Notes: generated by a model not told the origin, from the sequence alone. A DNA stretch of 64,000 bases from Christensenella sp. UBA4626 (GCA_002406115.1 DHNC01000035.1:23349-87348); one strand, 5' to 3'. Numbered from the stretch's first letter, positions 9,835 to 19,759 are shown. A program made the numbers and translations.

Positions 9835-12257
9835 TGGCAAGACGAGAGATGAATTCTATTGAACCAACAGGCAATCTTTACACAATGACAGTTGAAGATG
9901 TTATGTCTTCAAGTATGTTGCCTTACAGCGAATATGTTATTATGGATCGTGCCTTACCTCGTGTTGAGGACGGCTTAAAACCAGTTCAACGCCGTATTTT
10001 GTACGATATGATTGAACTTGGCTTAACCCCAGACAAACCATTTAAAAAATCCGCACGTGTGGTTGGTGACACTTTGGGTAAATTTCACCCACATGGCGAT
10101 AGTTCAGTTTATGGCGCAATGGTGCGTATGGCTCAGGATTTTGTTATGGGCGAAAGGCTGGTTGAGGGGCAAGGTAACTTTGGCTCTATCGACGGCGACA
10201 GCGCAGCGGCAATGCGTTACACTGAGGTTAGATTGACACCGCTTGCATTGGAACTTATGCAGGATTTGGATAAGGACACAGTAAGTTTCAGTTTTAACTT
10301 TGACGACACTCTTAAAGAGCCGGATTATCTGACAGGACGCTTTCCTAACTTGTTTGTAAACGGTGCGTCAGGCATCGCAGTTGGTTTGGCAACAAACATC
10401 CCAACCCACAACCTTGGCGAAATGATTGACGGCTGTGTGGCATATATTGACAATCCAAATATAACCCTCACTGAAATGCTTAAAATCATCAAGGGGCCAG
10501 ATTTCCCAACTGGCGGCATGATTTGTGCAAGCAAGGATATGGAGGAAGCGTACGCAACTGGTCGTGGCAAAGTGACAATGCGTGCAGTTTTCCACACCGA
10601 AGATGACAAAAATGGCAAAACAAATATTGTCATAACAGAACTTCCTTATCAGGTGAATAAAGCGGAATTTTTGAAGTCAGTTGGCGACCTTAAAATCAAG
10701 ATGAAAGACGAACTTGCCGACATTTGCGATATCACGGATGAAAGTGACAAAACTGGTATCCGTGCGGTTATCACAATCAAAAAGGATGGCGATGTTGACA
10801 ATATTATTGCCTTGCTTTTAAAACACACCGATATGCAACTTAATTTCAACTATAACGTCGTTGCAATTGCTGACGGCAGCCCAAAACAACTTGGATTGCT
10901 GGCATATTTAAATTATTACATTAAATTCCAAAACGACATTATTGTGCGCAGGACAAAATTCGACTTGGAAAGGGCAAAGGCTCGTGCACATATTGTGGAA
11001 GGGCTTTGCGTTGCAATTGCAAACATTGATGAGGTTGTAAAAATTATCAAAACATCAAGTTCGGTGGCGGATGCAAAATCAAAACTGATGTCAAGGTTTA
11101 ATTTGACCGAAATCCAGACGCAAGCAATCTTGGATATGAGGCTTAGCAGATTGACTCACCTTGAAGTTGAAAAATTGCAAGAAGAACTTAAAGAATTGCA
11201 CAAAACGATTGAAGAATTGACCGCAATTTTGGGCAGCAAAGCACGTCAAATGACAGTGATTAAAAAGGAACTTAAAGAGATTAAAGCAAAATATGCAACA
11301 CCTCGCAAAACTCAAATTGTAACCAATTTTGAGGACTATGTTGTGACACCTATCGAAAAACTTTTAGATACTGAATGTGCGGTGGCAGTGACAAACGACG
11401 GTTTGCGCCTTAAAACTCTTGATATCAAGCAAATCCAAAACGCAAGCCCAACTTATAGTTACGACAACATCAATGCTCTTCACAAGGCGATTGTTCACAC
11501 CAGCATGAACAGCAAGGTTTACGCATTTACAAACTTTGGCAACTTTTTCAGCATCCCAGTTAGGGATATTCCAAACAGCAAATTCAGCACAAAGGGCACT
11601 GCAATGAGCGAAATTGCCCATGCGGAAACAAAAGAAAAGGTTGTTGGCTTGTTTGCGGAGCAGGATTTTGAAGAAAATACTGAACTTATTTTCACCACAC
11701 AAGACGGATATATCAAACGCAGCCCAGCAAGCGAATATGTTGGCTTAAAAACAGGCAGCGTGGCACTTAAACTCAAAGATTTTGACCGTGTTGTTTCCGT
11801 GCAGATAAACGACTATTTGCCATCAATTTTAATGGTTAGCAGCGACGGCATGGCTGTCAACGTGGAATATAAAACTGTGCCAGTGACAAAACGAGCAAGC
11901 GGCGGCGTTATTGGTATGAGTTTGAACGACAAAGAAAAGGTTATTTTCGCAAGTCAGGTCAACACTCTTGATAGAGTTTTGGTTGTAACGCCAGAGGGCA
12001 ATGGCAAAAAGTTCAGCCTTAACGAACTTCCAATCAGCGCACGCAACCGCAAGGGCTTGAAAATTGTGACAGGCAAGGAAAAAGTTTTTGCAATCATTTC
12101 ACCGATTGTGACAGGCGAAGTTGTGTTGCAAGATAAGGATAAAGTTTACGCAGTTGATGTGAATGATATCACAATTCAAACTCGCACAAGCGCTGGCAAA
12201 CCACTTATCGCCAAAACAAAACTCGCACTCAAAGATGTTGGCTTGTATTTAAATTAG
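9834..12257 (+). CDS. parC: Type IIA topoisomerase DNA-cleavage subunit, ParC-like
   Basis: Contains [11 protein letters not shown] (Gln as in ParC; GyrA usually has His) and active-site AAMRYTE. I found no GyrA-box (QRRGGKG) at the start of the C-terminal domain. Confidence 0.75.
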   Translation: MARREMNSIEPTGNLYTMTVEDVMSSSMLPYSEYVIMDRALPRVEDGLKPVQRRILYDMIELGLTPDKPFKKSARVVGDTLGKFHPHGDSSVYGAMVRMAQDFVMGERLVEGQGNFGSIDGDSAAAMRYTEVRLTPLALELMQDLDKDTVSFSFNFDDTLKEPDYLTGRFPNLFVNGASGIAVGLATNIPTHNLGEMIDGCVAYIDNPNITLTEMLKIIKGPDFPTGGMICASKDMEEAYATGRGKVTMRAVFHTEDDKNGKTNIVITELPYQVNKAEFLKSVGDLKIKMKDELADICDITDESDKTGIRAVITIKKDGDVDNIIALLLKHTDMQLNFNYNVVAIADGSPKQLGLLAYLNYYIKFQNDIIVRRTKFDLERAKARAHIVEGLCVAIANIDEVVKIIKTSSSVADAKSKLMSRFNLTEIQTQAILDMRLSRLTHLEVEKLQEELKELHKTIEELTAILGSKARQMTVIKKELKEIKAKYATPRKTQIVTNFEDYVVTPIEKLLDTECAVAVTNDGLRLKTLDIKQIQNASPTYSYDNINALHKAIVHTSMNSKVYAFTNFGNFFSIPVRDIPNSKFSTKGTAMSEIAHAETKEKVVGLFAEQDFEENTELIFTTQDGYIKRSPASEYVGLKTGSVALKLKDFDRVVSVQINDYLPSILMVSSDGMAVNVEYKTVPVTKRASGGVIGMSLNDKEKVIFASQVNTLDRVLVVTPEGNGKKFSLNELPISARNRKGLKIVTGKEKVFAIISPIVTGEVVLQDKDKVYAVDVNDITIQTRTSAGKPLIAKTKLALKDVGLYLN

Positions 12258-12390
12258 GATAAATTATAGATATCTAAAAAATGCAATGTATACAATGCAA
12301 TTTGCAAAAATCAAATAGCATTACATTTAAAATTTGTCAAAATACAACATATTTTGGCATTTTTTTTAACAAAATTTCATATGTAAATAT

Positions 12391-12711
12391 ATGGAAGTTT
12401 CTTTCCAAGAACTGAAATGCAAACAGGTTATCAACACGGTGGACGGCAAATGTTTGGGACATATCACCGACATAATTTTTGACATCGTCACCGCAAAAGC
12501 ACTTGGCTTTATTGTGCCGCAATCAAGTTCGGGTTTTTGGGGATTGTTTAAGGGAAGCAAAGATATTTTTATTCCATTCAATTGCGTTTGCAAAATTGGG
12601 GTGGATGTTATATTGGTGGAATTGTATGTTGAGGATAACAAAACGCCGCCGCCTCCACCTCCACCAAAAGGAAAACAAAATATAATCGCATTGAACCAGC
12701 AGGAAAGATAA
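12391..12711 (+). CDS. YlmC/YmxH-family (PRC-barrel) sporulation protein with poly-Pro tail
   Basis: The N-terminus (ELKCKQVINTVDGKCLGHITDIIFD...GFIVP) matches the YlmC/YmxH pattern. PPPPPPP run at 12646-12666. Confidence 0.7.
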   Translation: MEVSFQELKCKQVINTVDGKCLGHITDIIFDIVTAKALGFIVPQSSSGFWGLFKGSKDIFIPFNCVCKIGVDVILVELYVEDNKTPPPPPPPKGKQNIIALNQQER

Positions 12712-12905
12712 ATCAATTTTTATTTTTTATCCTAGGTTGCCAATTTTAAAACCGCATTTCCAAATTTAAGAGGATGAGGCGAGTTTCCAAATATTAGGTA
12801 AATAATTTCATGCTCATACCAGTTGTTGTGGTATTATATTTTTTATTATCAAAACAAAATTTTTGCATTAAATTTTAAAAACTTTAAAAATTGTATGTTT
12901 TTTTG

Positions 12906-12934
12906 TTGCTAAATTTGACGTTTTGTGGTATGCT
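12906..12934 (+). promoter_or_regulatory. Candidate sigma-A promoter for nrdR (TTGCTA-17-TATGCT with TGn extension)
   Basis: Hexamers read directly at 12906-12911 and 12929-12934. Confidence 0.4.
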
Positions 12935-13022
12935 ACTACAAAGAATATGTCGAACTTCAAGTCAACCTTGTTGATTGCAGTTTTGGACGAAAGCATTATA
13001 TAAAAAGGGAGAAAAATTTAAA

Positions 13023-13457
13023 ATGCGTTGTATATTTTGCGGTAATAATGAAAGTAAAGTTGTAGACAGCCGATATTTGAAAGACACCAGTATTCGTAGG
13101 CGTAGAGAATGCCTTGTTTGTGGCAAACGTTTCACAACTTACGAAACTGTTGAAGCAAATCCAATGGTTGTAACAAATGTTGACAATGTGCGTGAACCTT
13201 TCAAAATTGAAAAGTTGGTGGAAAGTGTTAAATATGCAATCTATTGCACAAACGTGGCAGAAACTGCTGAGGATATTGCCAGCAGGATTGAAACCAAATT
13301 GTTTGCACTTCAACAACAAGAAATCACAACAAAAGACATTGTGAAAGTGGCTTTGGATGTTTTGTTTGAAGTCAACGCAATGGCTTGTTTGGTTTATTAC
13401 ACTCAACATTCTGATTGTGAGACATTTGACGATGTCCGCAGATTTTTGAGCAAATAA
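13023..13457 (+). CDS. nrdR: Transcriptional repressor NrdR
   Basis: MRCIFCGNNESKVVDSR...CLVCGKRFTTYE zinc ribbon followed by an ATP-cone. SD AGGGAG. The track ORF starts earlier (12975), but ATG 13023 fits the family N-terminus. Confidence 0.9.
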   Translation: MRCIFCGNNESKVVDSRYLKDTSIRRRRECLVCGKRFTTYETVEANPMVVTNVDNVREPFKIEKLVESVKYAIYCTNVAETAEDIASRIETKLFALQQQEITTKDIVKVALDVLFEVNAMACLVYYTQHSDCETFDDVRRFLSK

Positions 13458-13478
13458 TTTTTTGGATTTATTCAATTT

Positions 13479-13505
13479 ATGCCTTGCTTGCGAGGCATTT
13501 TTTGT
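13479..13505 (+). terminator. Intrinsic terminator after nrdR
   Basis: ATGCCT/AGGCAT stem followed by a T-run. Confidence 0.6.
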
Positions 13506-13550
13506 TTTAAATTGTTTTCGGACGACATGATTTTGACAAAGTTTTAAAAA

Positions 13551-14216
13551 GTGGGTTATAATAATTTTATGAAAAACAAAAGCAAAGAAATTATTTTTTT
13601 ATCTTCGGCAATCATCGCACTTTGCGGTTTTATTGCCATTCTTATTATGTTAAAAGTTGGCTATAACTTCAAAATCGACGGCTTGAACGTTTTTTTGTAT
13701 GAACATCAAACCAATTTTTGGACAGGATTTTTTAAGGTTGTAACTTATTTTGGCGAATGGTGGGTGATTTTCCTAATCGGTGTTTTGGTGACAATTTTTT
13801 CAAAAGATAGAAAAGTGGGCTGGGTCAGTTTGATAGCTGCTGTCACCGCCGCTTTGCTTTGTGTTAGTGTCAAATATATTGTCCGCCGTCCACGTCCCGA
13901 AATGATGCTTATACATGAAATCGGATTTAGTTTTCCAAGTGCACATACAATGATAAGTCTTGCTTTTTATGGTGTGCTTATTTACTTTGTAAATAAAAAA
14001 ATCCGCAATATGCCATGCAGAATTGTTTTTAGCATTTTGCTTTCAATTTTGATTTTGACAGTAAGTTTTAGCAGAATTTATTTAAACGTACATTTTTGCA
14101 GCGATGTTTTGGCTGGCGTTTTGTTTGGATATGTTGCAATTTACATTGCCATTCAACTTGGCAAATTGATTTTTAAACCAAAGCCATCAAGTCAAATTTT
14201 AAACCAGCAAGACTAG
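13551..14216 (+). CDS. PAP2-family phosphatase (BcrC/undecaprenyl-diphosphatase-like), membrane
   Basis: KYIVRRPRP, PSAHT and SRIYLNVHFCSD correspond to the three PAP2 motifs. Several TM segments. Start is GTG 13551 or ATG 13569. Confidence 0.8.
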   Translation: MGYNNFMKNKSKEIIFLSSAIIALCGFIAILIMLKVGYNFKIDGLNVFLYEHQTNFWTGFFKVVTYFGEWWVIFLIGVLVTIFSKDRKVGWVSLIAAVTAALLCVSVKYIVRRPRPEMMLIHEIGFSFPSAHTMISLAFYGVLIYFVNKKIRNMPCRIVFSILLSILILTVSFSRIYLNVHFCSDVLAGVLFGYVAIYIAIQLGKLIFKPKPSSQILNQQD

Positions 14217-14253
14217 GCAACCACACAAATTTTAGCAATAAAAAACCAAAAAC

Positions 14254-14288
14254 AACTTGTGTTCACATCAAAAAGCACAAGTTTTTTG
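14254..14288 (+). terminator. Intrinsic terminator after PAP2 gene
   Basis: AACTTGTG/CACAAGTT stem followed by a T-run. Confidence 0.6.
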
Positions 14289-14350
14289 TTGCATTAAACT
14301 TGGTTTTGTGTTAAATTAAAGGCGAAAATATATTTATTTAGGAGTTTATT

Positions 14351-15931
14351 TTGATAACAGTAAGCAATGTTGCTGTCCAATTTGGCAGCAGAAAATTATT
14401 TGATGAAGTAAATTTGAAGTTCACAAAAGGTAATTGCTATGGCGTTATTGGTGCCAACGGTGCTGGCAAATCCACATTTATGAAGGTGCTTTCAGGTGAA
14501 TTGGAGCCAAATAAAGGTGAAGTTATTATCCCACCAAAAGAAAGATTGTCTGTTTTGGAGCAAAATCAGGAAAAATACAACGATTACACAGTTTTGCGTA
14601 CCGTGCTTATGGGGCATAAGCGTCTTGTTGAGTTGATGGACGAGCAGGAAAAATATTATGTAAAAGAGGACTTTACAGAAGAGGACGGCAATCGTTTGGC
14701 AGAATTGCAAGCCGAATTTGCCGAACTTAACGGCTGGGATGCTGAAAGTGACGCTCAAAAACTTTTAAATTCGCTGGAAATCCCACAAGAATTGCACAAC
14801 GAACTTATGGCTAATGTTGACAGCAAAATTAAGGTTAAAGTTTTGCTTGCCCAAGCCTTGTTTAGCAATCCAGACAACTTGATTTTGGACGAACCTACAA
14901 ACAATTTGGACGTCAAAACAATCCGCTGGTTGGAAGAATTTATTTTAAATTTTGAGAATACAATTATTATTGTCAGCCACAATCGTCACTTCTTAAACAA
15001 GGTCTGCACACATATTTGCGATATTGATTATGGCAAAATAAATTTGTATATCGGCAACTACGACTTTTGGTATGAATCCAGTCAACTGGCTTTGAGGCAG
15101 CAAAAGGAACAAAACAAAAAGGCAGAACAGCGTGCAAAAGAGTTGCAAGAATTTATTGCAAGGTTTAGTGCCAACGCCTCAAAATCCAAGCAAGCCACAA
15201 GCAGAAAGAAAGAGTTGGAACGTTTGACAATTGAAGACATCAAACCAAGCAGCAGGAAATATCCTTACATTGATTTTAAGTTTGACCAACGCATAGGCAA
15301 CGATATTCTGTACGTCAACAAACTTACAAAACCGGGTGTGTTTGAAAATGTTTCGTTTACAGTGCGTCCGGACAACAAAATTGCAATTATGAGCGACAAC
15401 AGCAATGTTGTGACCAGTTTGATGGACATTTTGGCAGGCAAGGACACAAATTACAAAGGCGAAGTTAGATGGGGCAAAACAATCACTCCAACATATTTGC
15501 CACAAAACAACAATGACTATTTTGAAAATTGCGATTTAAGCCTTGTGGAATGGATTGGACAATACACCAAAGAAACCGACGCAACATTCTTGCGCAGTTG
15601 GCTTGGCAGGATGCTTTTCAGTGGTGAAGAGGCAGAAAAAAAGGCAAAAGTGCTTTCCGGTGGCGAAAAAGTTCGCTGCATGATGGCAAGGATGATGTTG
15701 CAATCAGGCAATTTCTTGTTGCTTGACGAACCAACCAACCATTTGGACTTGGAATCCATCACCGCACTCAACAAAGGCATGGAAAGGTTTGAAGGTTGCA
15801 TGATTTTCTCAACTCACGACGAAGAAATTATGTCAACAGTGGCAAACAGAATAATCCGCATAAACAAAACTTTGGAGTACGACAAAGAAATTGATTACGA
15901 AACATATGTGGAAACACAAATGAAAAAATAA
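14351..15931 (+). CDS. ABC-F family ATPase (two ABC domains, no TM; translation-factor type)
   Basis: Two Walker A and signature sets (GANGAGKST; LSGGEKVR) with a charged inter-domain linker. TTG start. Confidence 0.85.
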   Translation: MITVSNVAVQFGSRKLFDEVNLKFTKGNCYGVIGANGAGKSTFMKVLSGELEPNKGEVIIPPKERLSVLEQNQEKYNDYTVLRTVLMGHKRLVELMDEQEKYYVKEDFTEEDGNRLAELQAEFAELNGWDAESDAQKLLNSLEIPQELHNELMANVDSKIKVKVLLAQALFSNPDNLILDEPTNNLDVKTIRWLEEFILNFENTIIIVSHNRHFLNKVCTHICDIDYGKINLYIGNYDFWYESSQLALRQQKEQNKKAEQRAKELQEFIARFSANASKSKQATSRKKELERLTIEDIKPSSRKYPYIDFKFDQRIGNDILYVNKLTKPGVFENVSFTVRPDNKIAIMSDNSNVVTSLMDILAGKDTNYKGEVRWGKTITPTYLPQNNNDYFENCDLSLVEWIGQYTKETDATFLRSWLGRMLFSGEEAEKKAKVLSGGEKVRCMMARMMLQSGNFLLLDEPTNHLDLESITALNKGMERFEGCMIFSTHDEEIMSTVANRIIRINKTLEYDKEIDYETYVETQMKK

Positions 15932-15968
15932 ACAAAACAAGCATTAAAGTTATAGCAGAGGTAAAATT

Positions 15969-16823
15969 ATGGTAGAAATTAAAAGAATTATTGAGGCAGC
16001 AAATCAAAGTTACAACCTCAACAACGGCAACAAAACAAAAGAATTGGAAGAACTTGAAAACATCGTGGCAACAAAATATTCAGTAAGCGATATTTGCGAA
16101 TATGTTGCACAGGTCCCATGGGCAGACGTTAAGCGTTTTCAAACAGTTGTAGAGGCAAAAAACGACGCTCATGCTTGCGTGGATTTTGCTTTAACTGTTA
16201 GGGGTGCGGACGTAAATAGTTTGCAGAAAAAAGTTATTGGGTTGAATGAACCTAGTTCAATTTATAAATTTGCAAACAACGTTATCGGCGCAGATGTTGC
16301 AGCACTTCAAGACGCAATCATCAAAACAAAACATACATATTGGATTGTCAAATTTGCATTAACGGTGAAAGATGTTGAAAAGGCTAGCCTTGAAGACGCA
16401 ATTTTGGCAACAAAAAATCCAGCGGCAATTTTTAGGCTTGCGGCAGGAGGCAAGGGCTATGATGTGCTTAAATTGCAACAGGTATTGATTGCAACTGTGG
16501 ATGCTTCACTTTTGTTCAGGTTTGCCTACGAGGTTAAGGGTGCAGACATTAAATCTTTGCAACAGGCAATTGAAAACACTCATAGGGCTTACGAAATCTA
16601 CAGATTTGCAAGGTTTATAAAAGGTGCTGATATAGACAGTTTGCAACGTGCTTTGATTGACTGTGGCGAGCCAAGATTCATTTATTATTTCGCAAGGTTC
16701 ATAAATGGCGCAAATGTAAATCTTTTAAGATATGTCTTGATGAATTTAAACGCAACCGAATATCTTGAAAAACTTAATCAAGAACAACCTGTTGTGGAGG
16801 ATACAACCGAACAAAAAATTTAA
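15969..16823 (+). CDS. Tandem-repeat protein: eight 28-residue helical repeats, no family recognised
   Basis: Pattern xxFAxxVxGADxxxLQxAIxxT recurs at exactly 28-aa spacing (anchors at residues 45, 73, 101, 129, 157, 185, 213, 241). SD AGAGGT. Confidence 0.6.
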   Translation: MVEIKRIIEAANQSYNLNNGNKTKELEELENIVATKYSVSDICEYVAQVPWADVKRFQTVVEAKNDAHACVDFALTVRGADVNSLQKKVIGLNEPSSIYKFANNVIGADVAALQDAIIKTKHTYWIVKFALTVKDVEKASLEDAILATKNPAAIFRLAAGGKGYDVLKLQQVLIATVDASLLFRFAYEVKGADIKSLQQAIENTHRAYEIYRFARFIKGADIDSLQRALIDCGEPRFIYYFARFINGANVNLLRYVLMNLNATEYLEKLNQEQPVVEDTTEQKI

Positions 16824-16849
16824 GCGTTAGGCTTGAAATGAAAACCAAA

Positions 16850-16882
16850 AGGGACAAGCTTAAAAGTTTTGTCCTTTTTTTT
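16850..16882 (+). terminator. Intrinsic terminator
   Basis: GGACAA/TTGTCC stem followed by a T8 run. Confidence 0.55.
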
Positions 16883-17044
16883 GTGACTGAAAACAACCAT
16901 AAGCGAGTTTTGAAAAATAAATTTGTTTATTTAAACAAAAAAGATTTTAGTTTTGTGCCATTATCTAGCGACAAATAAAGCAAATGTTATAAGATTATTT
17001 ATCCTCTCACTCATGATTGACAAAGCAAAATCATATATTTTTTT

Positions 17045-17299
17045 ATGAGCATGATGGGAGAAATTGAAAAAATGCTTGCCAGTTCCGGTGCATCAACAAA
17101 TTATAGGTTGGTAAACTTAGGTGGCGGGCAATTATATATCGAGGGCATAAAAACGGTTGTTGGCTTTGACCAAAACAAAATGCAATTTCAACTTAAAAAG
17201 CAGTTGTTGACCGTTGAGGGCAGCCAATTAAAGGTTAAATATTTGGACAAAACAACTTGCGTTATTGTTGGTGAGATTGTTTCCATGGTGGTGCAATGA
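17045..17299 (+). CDS. yqfC: YabP/YqfC-family sporulation protein
   Basis: 84 aa matching the family-like pattern (LYIEGIKTVVGFDQNKMQF...LTVEGSQLKVKYLD). Immediately precedes a YqfD-like gene. Confidence 0.7.
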   Translation: MSMMGEIEKMLASSGASTNYRLVNLGGGQLYIEGIKTVVGFDQNKMQFQLKKQLLTVEGSQLKVKYLDKTTCVIVGEIVSMVVQ

Positions 17300-18387
17300 A
17301 GTACGATTTAAAAGGCTATAATATCGACAACTTGCTAAAAACGCTATATAACAAAAAAATTGTGTTGATGAATGTCGAACGCCCATCTCACGACCAAGTT
17401 AAATTTGAAATTCCAGACAAATTTTGCAAAAAAGCACAAAAATACATCACAAATTTCAAAGCACAAAAAACTGCCAATATAATCAAACGTCTTCCAAAGA
17501 TTTTGGTGGCAAATTTAGGGCTTGTGATTGCTTTGTTTGTCGGTGCGATTTTTTATTTTTTTGCCGGCAACTATGTTTGGCAAATCCGTGTTTTTGGTGT
17601 TAAGGACTTAAATGTTGCAGATATTGTTCAAGTTTTAAAGCAAAATGGGGTGCAAACCGGAAAAATAAATGTTAAATCTGGGCAAGAGATACAAACAATT
17701 TTGCTGGAACATTACGACCGATTAGCGCAAGTTTCAGTGGTAAAAAAGGGCACAACGATAATCATAAATTTGAGCGAAAAATTGGTTTACGAGCTAGAGG
17801 AATATCAGCCGATAAAAGCGAATTTTAATGGGATTATAACCAGTTTGGATGTGGTGACCGGCAGTTTGAATGTTAAAATTGGCGACTATGTCAACAAAGG
17901 GGATATTTTGGTTTTGCCATTCAATTTGGACAAAAGTGGCAACAAAATTTCAGTAAAACCAATGGCAGAAATCCAAGCCAAAATGTTTGTGGTTGGGGCT
18001 TCAAAACTTACAAAACAGGATACCGTTTTAACCCGCACCGGCAAAAAACAACTCACTTACGAATATTACATTTTTAACCACCGCATATTTTGTGGCAAAA
18101 ATAAAAATTCGTTTGCTCTTTTTGAAAATGTAAGTTATAATGAAAATGTAAGCAGTCTGGTTCCGCTTAAAAGAAAGGTGACTTGCTTTTACGAACTTGC
18201 TCCAACGCAAATCGAGCATGATTTTGAAGCGGAAAAACAGTCACTTGTTGAAAAATCTCAGCAGGAAGCACAGGCAAAATTGCCACAAAATTATGAGTTG
18301 TTGGATCAACAGGTCAAAACTGAAATTGTGGCTGACACCATGTACGCTTACACAATAATTACAATTCAAGGGCAGATAAATGATTGA
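17296..18387 (+). CDS. yqfD: Sporulation protein YqfD-like
   Basis: 363 aa with a single TM near residue 75 followed by NYVWQIRVFG. Position after yqfC as in Bacillus. 4-nt overlap with yqfC. Confidence 0.7.
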   Translation: MKYDLKGYNIDNLLKTLYNKKIVLMNVERPSHDQVKFEIPDKFCKKAQKYITNFKAQKTANIIKRLPKILVANLGLVIALFVGAIFYFFAGNYVWQIRVFGVKDLNVADIVQVLKQNGVQTGKINVKSGQEIQTILLEHYDRLAQVSVVKKGTTIIINLSEKLVYELEEYQPIKANFNGIITSLDVVTGSLNVKIGDYVNKGDILVLPFNLDKSGNKISVKPMAEIQAKMFVVGASKLTKQDTVLTRTGKKQLTYEYYIFNHRIFCGKNKNSFALFENVSYNENVSSLVPLKRKVTCFYELAPTQIEHDFEAEKQSLVEKSQQEAQAKLPQNYELLDQQVKTEIVADTMYAYTIITIQGQIND

Positions 18388-19759
18388 GTTTTATGGCGAG
18401 CAACAAATTGATAAATCCATTTTGGAAGGGCTTAAACAAGTTGAACAACAAGTCTATTTGTTTTTGCATGCTCCAAAAAGTATAAAAGTAAATTTAAAAT
18501 TTGTTTCTCCGCAAGAAATTCGCACTCTAAATGCAAACACCCGCAATATTGATAGAGTTACGGATGTGCTGTCCTATCCATACACAAATGTCCAAGTTGG
18601 GCAAAAACTTAAACTTAAAGATTATGCTTGCGACATTGACCCTGTTGACCACAAGTTGTTGCTTGGTGACATTGTGCTTTGTGTTGAAAGGGCACAAAAG
18701 CAAGCAAAGGAATACGGCCACAGTTTGAAGCGTGAAATTTGCTTTTTGTTTTGCCATGCCATGTTGCACCTTTTTGGTTATGACCACATAGAAAAAGAGG
18801 ATGAAAAAATTATGACTGCCAAGCAAGAAGAGATTTTAAATTCCTTAAACATCACCCGTTTGACTTTTAAATCTGGTTTTGTCACCATTTTGGGGGAAAC
18901 CAATGCGGGCAAATCCACGTTGATAAATCAATTAGTGGGCGAAAAAGTGGCAATTGTAAGCCCAAAAAGCCAAACCACACGTGAAAATATAACTGGCATT
19001 TACAACGACAAAACTTGTCAAATCGTATTTTTGGACACCCCAGGTTATCACAAAAGGGCAACCAAAATTGACGACCAAATGGACAAGCAAATTGAAAATG
19101 CGCAAGCGGACACAGAAATTGTTTTAATGCTAATTTCAGCCAAAAAACCTTTGGTTCAGCAGTATGTTGCGCTCAACAAAAAAGTTACTGCCAGTGCCAA
19201 AAAGATTTTGCTTATCAACAAAATTGACGAGGTTAAGTACGAAAAATTGTACCCTCAACTTGCTGAATTAAGTTCGGTTGCAACAGTTGACGAAATCTTG
19301 CCAATTTCAGCCTTGACCGGCAAAAATTGCGATGTTTTGCTTGATATGATAAAAAAATATTTGCCCGAATACGACCATAAAATGAGATATTATCCGGTTG
19401 ACGAATACACCGATAAAAATCTTCGTCATATGTGTGCTGAAATTGTTAGGGAAAAGGCACTTTTGTTGCTTGATGACGAAATTCCACACGGCATTCAAGT
19501 GGTGGTGACAGATTATCGTGAAAATGAAAAGCCAATCCAAATTTTTGCGGATATGTATTGCGAAAAAGACAGTCACAAAGCAATAATTTTGGGCAAAAAT
19601 GGTGATATGATAAAGCAAATTTCCACAAAAGCAAGGCAGTCAATTGAAAAATTGGTGGGCGAAAAAGTAAATTTGCAAATATATGTAAAAGTGAAAGCCA
19701 ATTGGCGCAACGATGAGCGTGCGTTGAAAGATTTTGGCTTAACAGTCGAAACTGATTAG
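18380..19759 (+). CDS. era: Fusion protein: YbeY endoribonuclease + Era GTPase
   Basis: The N-terminal ~150 aa carry DVLSYP and HAMLHLFGYDH (H-x3-H-x5-H). These are followed by Era motifs G1 GETNAGKS, DTPG, NKID and a C-terminal KH region, all in one uninterrupted ORF. Confidence 0.85.
   Translation: MIEFYGEQQIDKSILEGLKQVEQQVYLFLHAPKSIKVNLKFVSPQEIRTLNANTRNIDRVTDVLSYPYTNVQVGQKLKLKDYACDIDPVDHKLLLGDIVLCVERAQKQAKEYGHSLKREICFLFCHAMLHLFGYDHIEKEDEKIMTAKQEEILNSLNITRLTFKSGFVTILGETNAGKSTLINQLVGEKVAIVSPKSQTTRENITGIYNDKTCQIVFLDTPGYHKRATKIDDQMDKQIENAQADTEIVLMLISAKKPLVQQYVALNKKVTASAKKILLINKIDEVKYEKLYPQLAELSSVATVDEILPISALTGKNCDVLLDMIKKYLPEYDHKMRYYPVDEYTDKNLRHMCAEIVREKALLLLDDEIPHGIQVVVTDYRENEKPIQIFADMYCEKDSHKAIILGKNGDMIKQISTKARQSIEKLVGEKVNLQIYVKVKANWRNDERALKDFGLTVETD

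Noticed and set aside
7870-12257. Calling the topoisomerase pair DNA gyrase (gyrB/gyrA)
   Set aside because: The A subunit has KPVQRRILY (ParC-like Gln) and I could not find a GyrA-box at the start of the C-terminal domain. The locus is also not next to dnaA/dnaN/recF. Gyrase is not strictly excluded without phylogeny, so the calls are ParE/ParC-like at moderate confidence.
12282-12299. Near-palindrome TGCAATGTATACAATGCA after parC as a terminator or operator
   Set aside because: As RNA it gives only a 4+2 bp stem with a mismatch and no U-tail. As an operator there is no cognate regulator nearby and only a single copy.
12366-12716. 116-aa minus-strand ORF with a poly-Gly run
   Set aside because: It is the complement of the YlmC-like gene. 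The GGGGGGG run is simply the reverse of the proline codons, and the plus-strand frame has family motifs.
12820-12888. 22-codon hydrophobic mini-ORF (MLIPVVVVLYFLLSKQNFCIKF) in the 310-bp ylmC-nrdR intergenic region
   Set aside because: It has only a weak SD-like AGGT. It is too short and too AT-driven to support without conservation or expression data.
12935-13022. Possible NrdR box or autoregulatory site in the nrdR leader (ACAAAGAATATGT around 12939-12951)
   Set aside because: It is only a short ACA...TGT dyad. It does not match the 16-bp NrdR-box palindrome as I remember it, and there is no tandem second box.
14351-15931. ABC-F protein as an antibiotic-resistance (ARE) factor
   Set aside because: The inter-domain linker looks short and housekeeping-like (EttA/YbiT type), and there is no resistance-gene context. 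The subfamily cannot be assigned from sequence reading alone.
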